The notes under the pieces: model-generated
What the model saw: only the letters and a program-made list of their open reading frames with translations
The model's database searches: none
Told to the model about the DNA's origin: nothing
Part shown: one piece after another, positions 38,571 through 48,658 of the stretch
How positions within the stretch are numbered: position 1 is the stretch's first letter
Layout: each line of letters starts with the position of its first letter
IMG/VR virus record: IMGVR_UViG_3300044633_000521
Source: a virus
Length of the DNA stretch: 64,000 nt
Direction: 5' to 3' (one strand)
Position numbers and translations under genes: made by a program

Positions 38571-41500
38571 ATGGCGAATCTAACCAGAATTAAGAATAAT
38601 CAGATTACGGATTCAACGATCCTTGCTAATACCAAGATTGTTCCGGGATCTATTGTAGGTAGCTTATTCAATGCTAGCCTAACGATGACCAGTGATGTTA
38701 CTATTACTGGTAACTTGACAGTACAAGGGTCAAGTACATACCTAACAGTAGCTTCTACTAACACCTACGTTAACGATCCATTATTAGTCTTAAACAATGC
38801 GTTTAGTGGCACTAACACCTACGACGTCGGTCTGCTATTTAATCGTGGCAATCAAGCAACTACTGCGCTTATCTGGAACGAAGACACTAACCAATTCGAA
38901 TTAACCTATACCACTGATGACGGTACTGGTTACGGCACTATTAATAACAGCGGATATGCTAACTTAAAAGTTGGTAACATTACTGTAGCAGGTATTTCTA
39001 CTGTTGGTAGTCTATCAACCACTGGTGATCTTACTGCGGTCGGGTTGACTTTGAGCGGTGATGCGGCAGTTAACGGTGGCGACATTACTACTACAGCAGC
39101 AACATTTAATTTATTAAATGCCAATGCGACCACAGTAGACGCATTTAAAGCGGCAACAGATTTAGAATTTGGTGCTACTACCGGTACATTAACAATTAAT
39201 AACCCAACAGTAGTTGGTTCACAAACAACTCAAGCATTGTACAATACAACTGCTACAACGTTAAACTTCGCTGGAGCAGCAACTAGCGTAGTTGCTGGTG
39301 CTACTACCGGTACATTTAATATTCGTAACGCAAACGTGTACTTGCCAAATGCCACTACATTATACAGCGGCCAATCGACACTTGATATTGCTAACGTAAA
39401 TGTAACTACATTAACTATTGGTGGAGCGGCTACTGCGTTTGTTCTTGGTGCTACTACTGGTACATTAACATTACGTAACGCTACAGTTACAACACCTGGA
39501 CAGATAGTTAGCACACGTGCTGGTAGTGCTATAACTGGTGATGGACAGATCTTCTTAAACGGTAGCACTAGCAATCGTATTGATTGGGCAGCCGCAGGTA
39601 CAGGTGCTCCGGCATTTACTACAAGAACTGCTGGTACTAAAGTAGTTCTTTACCCGGCACTAAGTGGTAGTACAGTTGATTATGCTATTGGTATCGACGC
39701 CGCAACTATGTGGTCTAGCGTGCCAGAAAATGGCAGCTCATTTAACTTTAAATGGTATGGTGCTGAAACTCTAGTAGCAAACTTATCGGGTACTGGTAAC
39801 TTTACCACTGTGGGTGATGTTGCTGTTAACGGTGGTGATTTAACAACTACTGCTGCAACATTTAACTTAGTAAACACTGATGCTACTACTGTAAACCTTG
39901 CTGGCGCGGCAACAACTGTTAATATTGGTGCCGTAAGCGGTACCACAAATATTAAAAACAATTTAGATGTTGACCTAACATTAAATGCTCGAGACATCAA
40001 CAGCACTGTAATTGGTAATGTTACACCAGCAACTGGTAAGTTTACTAATATCTATGATACAGCACTAACAGAAACTCGTATTCCGTTTGTAGGCGCAGCC
40101 AATGTTTTAACAGACAGTACATCACTTACTTTTGATAATGTAAGTAATATTTTAGATGTAGACGGCCTTCAATTTGATGGCGGTAACGCTATTATCAAAA
40201 CAACAACCGCTGACGCCAATTTAGTATTAAGCCCAAACGGGGTTGGAGTAGTTAGCTTAGATACATCACGCCTTGTCAGTGTTAGTGATCCGGTTGATGC
40301 TCAAGATGCGGTAACACTAAGTTACTTACAAACTCAAATTAACAGTGGTGTTACTAACATTCAAAGCGACGATAGTGATATTACTATTACTGATGATGGT
40401 ACAAATCCGGGTATAATTACAGCCAACGTAGATGCTGTAAGTGTATTTGCTATTGATGCTAATACAACAAGTTTATACAGTGGTTTTGTTACTGTTGATA
40501 ATTTAGCTAGTAATGTAGCAGTAGACGGGTCAGTACATGTTGCTAGTAATGTTACATTAGTTGGCGACCTAGCAGTTAACGGTGGAGATATCACTACAAC
40601 TAGTGCCACATTTAACCTAGCCAATGCTAACGCAACTACAGTAGATGCTTTTAAAGCCGCTACAGATTTAGAAATTGGTGCCACAAGCGGCACATTAACT
40701 ATTAACAATCCAACGGTTGTTGGCACACAAACAACACAATCGGTATTCAACACAACTGCTACAACAGTTAATGCGTTTGGTGCTGCTACTACTATAACAA
40801 TTGCTGCCACTACTGGTACAACAACAGTTCGAAATAATTTAACAGCAACTGGAAATATTAATATTGACAGTACTGAACAGAGTACAAACTCAACTACAGG
40901 CGCATTAATTGTAGATGGCGGTGTTGGTGTTGCTAAAAACTTAAACGTAGGTGGTGATGTAGTAATTACAGGTAACCTACAAGTTGACGGTGCTGTTACT
41001 ACAGTTAATACAGCAACACTTGATGTCGAAGATTTAAACATTACAGTAGCCAAAGGCGCAAGTAGCAGTTCGGCAGCTGATGGTGCTGGCTTAACAGTCG
41101 ATGGAGCTAGTGCTACAATATTATACACACATGCGACTACTAGCTGGAATTTAAACAAACATTTAATAGGCACATCTGCGCAATTTAGTACTACGTTAGG
41201 AGTAACAGGTGATACCACCCTTACTGCCAATTTAGCAGTTAATGGTGGCGGGTTAACCACGTCGGCGAGCACATTTGATTTATTAAACGCAAATGCAACT
41301 ACTCTAAACTTAGGTGGCGCTGCGACAACAATTAACGTTGGTGCTACTAGCGGTACATTAACAATTAACAACCCAACCGTAGTTGGTACACAAGCAACAC
41401 AAGCCCTATATAATACCACAGCAACTACCCTTAACTTTGCTGGTGCCGCTACTACACTTATCGTTGGTGCTACTACTGGTGTAGCAAATATTCGTAACGC

Positions 41501-44108
41501 AACTACTAATATCTTAGGCAATGCCACAGTAGGCGGAACATTAGGTCTGACAGGTGATGTTACATTAGCGGGCGATATAGCTGTTAACGGTGGTGATATA
41601 ACTACTACTGCTACAACTGCTACTGTGTTTAACACAAACGCAACTACTGTAGACGCATTTAAATCTGCTACTGACTTAGAATTTGGTGCTACTACTGGTA
41701 CATTAACCCTTAATAATCCGACCGTAGTCGGTACGCAAGCCAGTCAAGACCTATACAACACAGCAGCAACAACATTAAACTTTGCTGGAGCGGCTACAGC
41801 ATTAACATTAGGTGCTACTTCAGGCACAGCAACTATACGCAATGCTAACGTTGCTTTCCCTAATGCTACAACATTCTTTAGTAGCCAGGCAACAGTATCA
41901 TTATTCAACACAAACGTAACCACAGTGGATATGTTTGGTGGAGCAAGTGATATTGAATTTGGTACTACCAGCGGTACATTTAAAATTAATAACCCATCAC
42001 TTGTAGGTAGTCAAACTACTCAAGATGTATTCAACACAGCTGCTACAACTGTAAATGCATTTGGTGCAGCCTCTACATTAATAGTTGGTGCTACTACTGG
42101 TGTAGCAAACATCCGCAACGCAACTACAAACATCATTGGTAATGCCACAGTTGGTGGTACACTAGGTGTAACAGGTGATGTTACATTAAGTGGCACGCTA
42201 GGAGTTACAGGCGCGGCAACATTAACTGATGATTTAGCAGTTAATGGTGGTGATATAACAACTACTGCTAGTACTTTTAATTTAGTTAATACTAATGCTA
42301 CCACAGTAGACGCATTTAAAGCTGCAACTGACTTAGAGTTTGGTGCTACTAGCGGTACGTTAACTATTAACAACCCAACCGTAGTTGGCTCACAAACAAC
42401 ACAGGCAGTGTTTAATACAACGGCTACTACAGTAAACGCATTTGGTGCTGCAACTACAATGATACTTGGTGCTACTACAGGCACAGCAAACATACGTAAT
42501 GCAACTACTAATATCTTAGGTAATACAAGCATATTAGCATCAACAGAAAGTACATCAACTGATACAGGTGCATTAATTGTAGCCGGTGGCGTGGGTATAG
42601 CTAAAAATGCCTACATCGGTGGTAACACTCACATTGCTTCTACTAAAGTATTAACCGTTGGCAAGGATATTGCTAGCGGAGTTTATCCAGAAAGTGTAGC
42701 ACAATTCACCAGCAACGCTAATTTACACAGTAGCGTAAGTATACAAAATCTAAGTAGTGGCCCAGGAGCAGCGTCTGAGTTCACTGCTATTAATAATACA
42801 GGTTCAAATGCCAGCGGGTATATATCAGTTGGGATAGCCAGTACCGGATTTAACAATAACAGTGCCATTAAAGCCACTGACGGGTATGTATTTACTGGAG
42901 CCTACACAGGCAACTTAGTAATAGGTGCTGGTTCAGCTGATGTAGTAATTACTGCCGGCGGAGTATCTGACGAAAAAATAATAGCAAGATTTGATGCCAC
43001 ACACGGTAACCTTTCAGTATTGTCAGCAGCTGAATCAGTATCGCCACTATCGGGTGCTATAACAACAGCGGGTGGTATTGGTGTTGGCGGCAACTTATAC
43101 GTAGCCAGAGGCGCAGTGTTTAATGAACAGTCGACTCCTCGAAACTTCACAGTCAAAGGTGTTAACACTACAACATTAATACATGCTGATAGCAATTACG
43201 GAGCAGTAGTTATCGGCGGCAGTAACGCAACACCTACATTAGGTGCTGTGGTTAAATTTAACAGCTCAGATTCTATCCGAGTTCCGGTGGGTAGCACTGC
43301 TGATCGCCCAAGTAATACAGGCAATGTTGATGTTGCTGGTATGGTGCGTTTTAACACTACAAACTCATCACTTGAGTTTTATAATGGTACTGATTGGGCA
43401 GTTGCTGGTAGTGACAGTACATTTACTATTATTACAAGTGAACAGTTTACAGGCAACGGCCTGGCTAATGTTTACGCATTAGGCTCAAATACAACCACTA
43501 ACGGTACTGTAGTTAGTATCAACGGTATCGTACAGATTCCAACACTTGCTTATAGCATTACAGGATCCACACTAACATTCAGTGAAAATCCAGCAGACGG
43601 CGACTTAATTGATGTTCGTATATTAACAACTACACAAACAGCGGGCCAAGAAGTATCTAGCTCAAGCGGGTTTAATACATTCAGTCCAGCAGACGGTGTA
43701 GGTTCATCGATATATTCAGGTTCAAGCTCAAAAATACTTCGTGTTACAATGACCGAGCCGGGAGTATGGACATACCAAGACAGTACTAAAACAGCGTATG
43801 ATGTAACTGCCACCACAGTTAGTTCAGCAAGTGCTCCAGTAATAGTGGATCAATTTGCGACAACTGCTTACTCAAGCGCAAAATACATTGTACAAATTAA
43901 ACAAAGTAGTGCTAACGTACAAATAATGGAAGCGTTAGTAGTTCACGACAGTAGTAATGCGTATGTATCAACCTACGGTGTAGTTGATACTAATGGTTCA
44001 TTAGGTACATTAACAGCCAACGTAGTTAGCGGTAATGTTCGACTATACTACACTAGCTCGTCGTTGACTAATAGCAATGTTAAAGTTGCTACTACTTATA
44101 TTGTTTAA
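38571..44108 (+). CDS. Very large repetitive fibre/structural protein (1845 aa)
   Basis: Thr/Ala/Gly/Asn-rich with six AVNGG[D/G].TT modules and six NNP[T/S].VG modules; late box at 38471. Confidence 0.75.
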   Translation: MANLTRIKNNQITDSTILANTKIVPGSIVGSLFNASLTMTSDVTITGNLTVQGSSTYLTVASTNTYVNDPLLVLNNAFSGTNTYDVGLLFNRGNQATTALIWNEDTNQFELTYTTDDGTGYGTINNSGYANLKVGNITVAGISTVGSLSTTGDLTAVGLTLSGDAAVNGGDITTTAATFNLLNANATTVDAFKAATDLEFGATTGTLTINNPTVVGSQTTQALYNTTATTLNFAGAATSVVAGATTGTFNIRNANVYLPNATTLYSGQSTLDIANVNVTTLTIGGAATAFVLGATTGTLTLRNATVTTPGQIVSTRAGSAITGDGQIFLNGSTSNRIDWAAAGTGAPAFTTRTAGTKVVLYPALSGSTVDYAIGIDAATMWSSVPENGSSFNFKWYGAETLVANLSGTGNFTTVGDVAVNGGDLTTTAATFNLVNTDATTVNLAGAATTVNIGAVSGTTNIKNNLDVDLTLNARDINSTVIGNVTPATGKFTNIYDTALTETRIPFVGAANVLTDSTSLTFDNVSNILDVDGLQFDGGNAIIKTTTADANLVLSPNGVGVVSLDTSRLVSVSDPVDAQDAVTLSYLQTQINSGVTNIQSDDSDITITDDGTNPGIITANVDAVSVFAIDANTTSLYSGFVTVDNLASNVAVDGSVHVASNVTLVGDLAVNGGDITTTSATFNLANANATTVDAFKAATDLEIGATSGTLTINNPTVVGTQTTQSVFNTTATTVNAFGAATTITIAATTGTTTVRNNLTATGNINIDSTEQSTNSTTGALIVDGGVGVAKNLNVGGDVVITGNLQVDGAVTTVNTATLDVEDLNITVAKGASSSSAADGAGLTVDGASATILYTHATTSWNLNKHLIGTSAQFSTTLGVTGDTTLTANLAVNGGGLTTSASTFDLLNANATTLNLGGAATTINVGATSGTLTINNPTVVGTQATQALYNTTATTLNFAGAATTLIVGATTGVANIRNATTNILGNATVGGTLGLTGDVTLAGDIAVNGGDITTTATTATVFNTNATTVDAFKSATDLEFGATTGTLTLNNPTVVGTQASQDLYNTAATTLNFAGAATALTLGATSGTATIRNANVAFPNATTFFSSQATVSLFNTNVTTVDMFGGASDIEFGTTSGTFKINNPSLVGSQTTQDVFNTAATTVNAFGAASTLIVGATTGVANIRNATTNIIGNATVGGTLGVTGDVTLSGTLGVTGAATLTDDLAVNGGDITTTASTFNLVNTNATTVDAFKAATDLEFGATSGTLTINNPTVVGSQTTQAVFNTTATTVNAFGAATTMILGATTGTANIRNATTNILGNTSILASTESTSTDTGALIVAGGVGIAKNAYIGGNTHIASTKVLTVGKDIASGVYPESVAQFTSNANLHSSVSIQNLSSGPGAASEFTAINNTGSNASGYISVGIASTGFNNNSAIKATDGYVFTGAYTGNLVIGAGSADVVITAGGVSDEKIIARFDATHGNLSVLSAAESVSPLSGAITTAGGIGVGGNLYVARGAVFNEQSTPRNFTVKGVNTTTLIHADSNYGAVVIGGSNATPTLGAVVKFNSSDSIRVPVGSTADRPSNTGNVDVAGMVRFNTTNSSLEFYNGTDWAVAGSDSTFTIITSEQFTGNGLANVYALGSNTTTNGTVVSINGIVQIPTLAYSITGSTLTFSENPADGDLIDVRILTTTQTAGQEVSSSSGFNTFSPADGVGSSIYSGSSSKILRVTMTEPGVWTYQDSTKTAYDVTATTVSSASAPVIVDQFATTAYSSAKYIVQIKQSSANVQIMEALVVHDSSNAYVSTYGVVDTNGSLGTLTANVVSGNVRLYYTSSSLTNSNVKVATTYIV

Positions 44109-44116
44109 GGACAATC

Positions 44117-44857
44117 ATGTTAAAGATCAATAAACTATATAGAAAGTTTTATCAAGGCGAAAATATTGTAGTTGAGCGTAACTACTCTGACGGAGTTTGG
44201 CACGACACTACAGAGGTAGTACCAAACGCTATCATTAATAATCAGATATCTAACCAAGCAGTAGTACTCGGAAATGGTCCTAGCAGATTAGCGTTTAATC
44301 TTAATTTAATTAAGAATCATCGTGGTGGTCTACTAGGATCTAGGGCATTGCAAAGTTACGGATGTAATGCGCTATACAGAGATTTTCAACCTAACTTTTT
44401 AGTAGCTACTGGCAATGTTAATTTAATTAACGAAATAGCCACTAGCGGATATACTGATGAGAACATAGTTTATACAAATAGTATACACACACTAGAATAC
44501 CCTGGAAAATTTTATTTAATTCCACATGACCCGTATGCTGATGCTGGCACTACTGCTGCATATCTTGCTGCGTTTGACGGCCATAAAAATATCTATATGC
44601 TAGGATTTGATTGGCAAGACACTCCTGGCCACAACTATAACGTCTATGCCGGAACAGCACACTACGATTCGTTGACGACAACTGTCTTAGACCAAAAGTG
44701 GAAAACTAATCTTAAACAGTTAATGCAGATATACAACGATGTAAATTTTGCTTTTGTTTATACAAAAGCAGGACATCCTTTGCCCGCAGAGTGGGCAGAC
44801 TTAACAAATGTGCGTGCGATAAACCATAACACATTTGCGTTAGAAGCAGATTTATAG
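44117..44857 (+). CDS. Putative glycosyltransferase-like protein (Maf/DUF115/sialyltransferase-type fold)
   Basis: AVVLGNGPS, YGCNALY, AGTTAAYLA..GHKNIYMLGFD motifs. Confidence 0.55.
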   Translation: MLKINKLYRKFYQGENIVVERNYSDGVWHDTTEVVPNAIINNQISNQAVVLGNGPSRLAFNLNLIKNHRGGLLGSRALQSYGCNALYRDFQPNFLVATGNVNLINEIATSGYTDENIVYTNSIHTLEYPGKFYLIPHDPYADAGTTAAYLAAFDGHKNIYMLGFDWQDTPGHNYNVYAGTAHYDSLTTTVLDQKWKTNLKQLMQIYNDVNFAFVYTKAGHPLPAEWADLTNVRAINHNTFALEADL

Positions 44858-45280
44858 TATAGATTCTAAGGTTTTAATCTTAGCAATAACTTCTTTGAAA
44901 TTAATAGTTCGCCAAACGCCAGGGTGTAGTGGTTTGGGATGATCATCTAATTTAACCCAGCAGTATCCGCGATGTTCGTGATTTAATTGCGGAATAAATT
45001 CTTCAGTGATTGGCAATATGAATGTATGATAAGAAAAATTATTCTTATCGCTGGTAAATTTTTCTATCGGAATAAGTTTAACTCCAGAAAAATCTACTCC
45101 TAACTCTTCAGTTAACTCTCTATATAGTGAATCTAAAAGATTTTCGTTGTGTTCGATGGTGCCACCTGCTAGACCCCATGTACCTGCGTATTTTTTAGTA
45201 TTTCTTAATAAGAATAAGTAACGATGTGTAGTTACACAATAGATGAACGTGCCAACACCTTCTATAGCACTAGAGTCCAC
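44852..45280 (-). CDS. Nudix hydrolase
   Basis: Nudix box GTIEHNENLLDSLYRELTEELG; probable GTG start at 45280. Confidence 0.85.
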   Translation of the reverse strand: MDSSAIEGVGTFIYCVTTHRYLFLLRNTKKYAGTWGLAGGTIEHNENLLDSLYRELTEELGVDFSGVKLIPIEKFTSDKNNFSYHTFILPITEEFIPQLNHEHRGYCWVKLDDHPKPLHPGVWRTINFKEVIAKIKTLESIL

Positions 45281-46677
45281 AGTCCGTTTTTGTATTCGCC
45301 TTCCCAGCTTTTCACCCATTGAACACCATCCCACTTATATTGAGTCCCAGTATTGAGATTACTTACATATTCTACACTAGTTGCCTGTTGGTTGTCAAAT
45401 GAAACGGCCCAATGTGTACCATTGTATTCAATGATGTCATTTGCTCGTGCCACTAGATCTTGCCCGTCTGTTCCTCGCCATACGCTAGGCCCATCACCAG
45501 GCGCAGTATCCCAGCTGCCAATGTCATTTAATATCAAAAATCTAGATCCATTGGTAGCAGATGCTGCCATAGCAACCGCAGTGTTTTTTCTCGGGTCAAT
45601 GATCGCATCTATAGGATTTAATGTATTTGCTGGATATGTATCTATATCTGCGTTGAATATTAATAGACTATCATCAGTCGGGTGATAACTCACAGTACCA
45701 ACAATTTCATTTATACCATCTGTGCTAGTTAACCGCACTTGGCTAATGCCATTTTCTATCACACCGTAGACATTAATTAAATTACGCCAAATATCTCTAG
45801 TACCGATCTTAACAGGGGTTTCGATTAACACCTGTCCGTGATCATCTCTAGGAGCTTCTACTTCGCTCACTTTAAGTAAAGTTAAGGTATTACCAATTAG
45901 TAATACAGCATAATCCATGGGAGTAAAATATTGTCTATTACCCAATAGGTTAGCTTCACTAAACAATGCTGAATTTAAATCGCCTTGCGCATCGTGTATA
46001 CTAGAAATAATTTTTTGAATCACTCCAAGTTTTTTAACTTTAGCGGGCGGACTAATCCATACAGGTAACTTAAATGTTAGCGTAGCAACATCAATCGGAT
46101 CAGTGGTACCAATGGGTACTGATCGACTAGTCCAGTTAACATTTTCTAAATAAATTACACTCAAGCTAGTCCAGTCGATATAATTGTCGGTACTTTGTAT
46201 TTCTAATGCCGGATTAAACAATACCTGAAGTTGCTCAATTAACTGTAATTTTTGTTTAGTATTGCTAGTCCATATATCTAACTTAAGTTCTAACGTATAT
46301 GGAACAGGCATCATACGTTCAATAGTAAATGCGTTTCCTTGACGTTGTTCGTACTCTTGCGTAGACTCGTTGTAGTAGCGTTGGCGAATATTCATCTTAC
46401 CAACAAACGTAGGATCTTGAACACGGTCGCGATCGTAGGTTAATCCGTTGATATACACAGTCATAGCAGGGACAGGGGGTAGTGCGTTACCTGCTGAGTT
46501 ATTCTGTAATATACTTGCTACCTGACGACTGCCGTCACCCCAGTAAACAGGCACACGCTGTAAGGTAGTAGTACCAGTACGGTCCTTACCGAACTCTACT
46601 TGAAACCCTGACACCATACGAATGAACTGCGCTAAAAAGCGTTCGATTTGCGCATCATAAAAAAATTGTTGAGCCAT
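45262..46677 (-). CDS. Tail sheath stabiliser/terminator, gp15-like, with C-terminal extension
   Basis: QFFYD, RVPV.WG, PVPYTL..KLDIW, QLIEQL..LFNP. Confidence 0.75.
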   Translation of the reverse strand: MAQQFFYDAQIERFLAQFIRMVSGFQVEFGKDRTGTTTLQRVPVYWGDGSRQVASILQNNSAGNALPPVPAMTVYINGLTYDRDRVQDPTFVGKMNIRQRYYNESTQEYEQRQGNAFTIERMMPVPYTLELKLDIWTSNTKQKLQLIEQLQVLFNPALEIQSTDNYIDWTSLSVIYLENVNWTSRSVPIGTTDPIDVATLTFKLPVWISPPAKVKKLGVIQKIISSIHDAQGDLNSALFSEANLLGNRQYFTPMDYAVLLIGNTLTLLKVSEVEAPRDDHGQVLIETPVKIGTRDIWRNLINVYGVIENGISQVRLTSTDGINEIVGTVSYHPTDDSLLIFNADIDTYPANTLNPIDAIIDPRKNTAVAMAASATNGSRFLILNDIGSWDTAPGDGPSVWRGTDGQDLVARANDIIEYNGTHWAVSFDNQQATSVEYVSNLNTGTQYKWDGVQWVKSWEGEYKNGLWTLVL

Positions 46678-48107
46678 TAGTTATCCGCCGAAGGTCTTAG
46701 TGCGTCACTTAAACTTTGACGCTGGTATGTTACATTAGCATATACTGTGTATTCTAATACATCGTTAGTATTGAGTGTATTAGACACTGTAAATGACAAA
46801 TTACCACCAGTATTGGCTATGGTATTGGTAATAATTAAGCTATTAAGCACAGTTTTAACGCCATAGGTACTAACATACGGTGTTTTTGTAATTACAGTTT
46901 TGTTACTCAATGTGAATGAATTTGTGTGAGCTCCGGTGGACGGAGTATATGGACTTGCAACTTTAATAGCATCCCACCCTAGCGCATTTTTATAGTTAGC
47001 ATCTGTATTATTAACGAAGCCACTACGTTGTGTTGTATTTGTAGCACCGGGTGTAAGATTTGTTCTCACGTTATCCTCAATTTTAATCCATCGACGTCCA
47101 TCGTAACGGAATAGTCGATTGGGGATATAATCTAAACGTAGGTAATAGTCACCAACAGTTGGTGTATTAGGAAAAGCGACACCAGCGGCTACTACACCGC
47201 CATTAGGTAATTGACCGTCACTGGTTAAATACCCCTGTACTTTACTCGACGAGGTTGTAGTAATAGCACTAGCATCACTGATGCTTTCGCTGGCATCTTC
47301 AGTGGCATTACTAGCATCTAAAGCACCGGGATCGCCCGGGTAGCCGGAGGCATCCTGTACAGGTTCGTGGTAGATAAAGCTAGTATCATACCCACTAGCC
47401 GGAACATCTGATTCAGCACGTGCTACCACCGCATCATTAATATCAATATATTTGTTATAGGTACTTAATAACTCTCCTAACGACGGTTCACCTGGATCGA
47501 GTATACCGTTACCATTGGTATCAACTCCTGGAATGTTATTAAGAATATCTTTGTATTCTTGGCTATCTACTAGCGGAGCAACTTTAACACGCCATAGGTG
47601 TGGGTACCAAGTCGGAGCAAATCCTTCGGCAGCACGAGTAGCATCTTGTACTACATAGTAGCGTTTAAGTGCTGCGGCAATTCCCTCGTCTAGTGGATAA
47701 AAGTCCTTAAGGTGCGGCAATTCTAACACATCACCTATCATAATCTTGCGCCCTAAGTTCTCAACCATGTCATTTAAATGGAATACCATGAATATAGTAT
47801 CGCCAGTTAGGAATAGACCGAATTGTGTTAGATCAAAATCATTATCGTTCATGCGATAGATAGTACGCATAGTATATACACTAGTGTCGTACTTGCGATC
47901 GCGATTTTCTAAGAATAATAAGTCTTGAATAGTAGTAACACTAGTGCCACCGGGTTCGGTGTTGCTAGTAAATCCCTGATCTACAGGACCTAAGTATTTG
48001 TGAAGATTAATGTCAGTACCACCAGTGGTGAACATTTCACTAATTCTTCGATCAAAGAACTTGTAGTCATTGCCCTTATTTGGACGATAAAGTGAAAGAC
48101 GTGGCAT
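46677..48107 (-). CDS. Neck/head-closure protein, gp14-like
   Basis: LTQFGLFL..D, GDVLELP motifs; upstream of the gp15-like gene; late box at 48133-28. Confidence 0.6.
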   Translation of the reverse strand: MPRLSLYRPNKGNDYKFFDRRISEMFTTGGTDINLHKYLGPVDQGFTSNTEPGGTSVTTIQDLLFLENRDRKYDTSVYTMRTIYRMNDNDFDLTQFGLFLTGDTIFMVFHLNDMVENLGRKIMIGDVLELPHLKDFYPLDEGIAAALKRYYVVQDATRAAEGFAPTWYPHLWRVKVAPLVDSQEYKDILNNIPGVDTNGNGILDPGEPSLGELLSTYNKYIDINDAVVARAESDVPASGYDTSFIYHEPVQDASGYPGDPGALDASNATEDASESISDASAITTTSSSKVQGYLTSDGQLPNGGVVAAGVAFPNTPTVGDYYLRLDYIPNRLFRYDGRRWIKIEDNVRTNLTPGATNTTQRSGFVNNTDANYKNALGWDAIKVASPYTPSTGAHTNSFTLSNKTVITKTPYVSTYGVKTVLNSLIITNTIANTGGNLSFTVSNTLNTNDVLEYTVYANVTYQRQSLSDALRPSADN

Positions 48108-48138
48108 TACTATATCCTATTATCTAGTATTTAGCTGA

Positions 48139-48167
48139 TTGACAACTAGAAGAAATGATAGTATACT
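48139..48167 (+). promoter_or_regulatory. Sigma70-type early promoter
   Basis: TTGACA, 17 bp, TATACT. Confidence 0.85.
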
Positions 48168-48176
48168 TATGAAACT

Positions 48177-48446
48177 ATGAAACATCAAATACAGACAAGT
48201 TTAGATTGGCCTGTTGTACAAACAGCACTTGAAGCTCCACTACACCGTATGAAAAAGTATACACACGAAATGTGGAACATCAGTCATAATATTGGCTTAA
48301 TGGTTAAAGATATAAGTAAAGAAGAAATCAATTGTCGCAGGCATCAAAAGCAAACTAGACTACATAAAGAATTAGTTGACAAAGTCAATGAAGAGATAGC
48401 AAACTATGAACGCATGATAACGTTTGCTGTATTATTAACAGGTTGA
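48177..48446 (+). CDS. Hypothetical early protein
   Basis: 89-aa ORF directly after the promoter. Confidence 0.65.
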   Translation: MKHQIQTSLDWPVVQTALEAPLHRMKKYTHEMWNISHNIGLMVKDISKEEINCRRHQKQTRLHKELVDKVNEEIANYERMITFAVLLTG

Positions 48447-48471
48447 CAAATTACCAAAAAGGCTATATAAT
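48443..48471 (+). promoter_or_regulatory. Perfect-consensus sigma70 promoter
   Basis: TTGACA (48443-48), 17 bp, TATAAT (48466-71). Confidence 0.9.
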
Positions 48472-48478
48472 GTTAATT

Positions 48479-48658
48479 ATGACAATAGAAGAAGCATACG
48501 CAGAAGTACAAGGGTTTGGAGAAATGAGCGGTGTCTGTAACCTGTGGGCGGCACTTAAGGCAATCGAAACTGAATGGGATGACATAGACACCCACACAAA
48601 AACAGCCTATAAAATGGTTAAACGCGAGTTAGAAAAGGAAATAACAAATGGCAATTAA
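48479..48658 (+). CDS. Hypothetical early protein (probably leaderless)
   Basis: The track start lies inside the promoter; an in-frame ATG at 48479 sits at the expected +1. Confidence 0.6.
   Translation: MTIEEAYAEVQGFGEMSGVCNLWAALKAIETEWDDIDTHTKTAYKMVKRELEKEITNGN

Noticed and set aside
40361-42532. Long antisense ORFs (424 aa, 170 aa) and the many other short antisense ORFs
   Set aside because: They are shadows of repetitive Thr/Ala/Gly codons on the coding strand, with no SD, promoter or motif.
38571-44108. Repeats as a CRISPR array or as diversity-generating retroelement TR/VR pairs
   Set aside because: The repeats are in-frame protein modules varying mainly at synonymous sites; there are no spacers, no evident adenine-specific pattern and no reverse transcriptase in the window.
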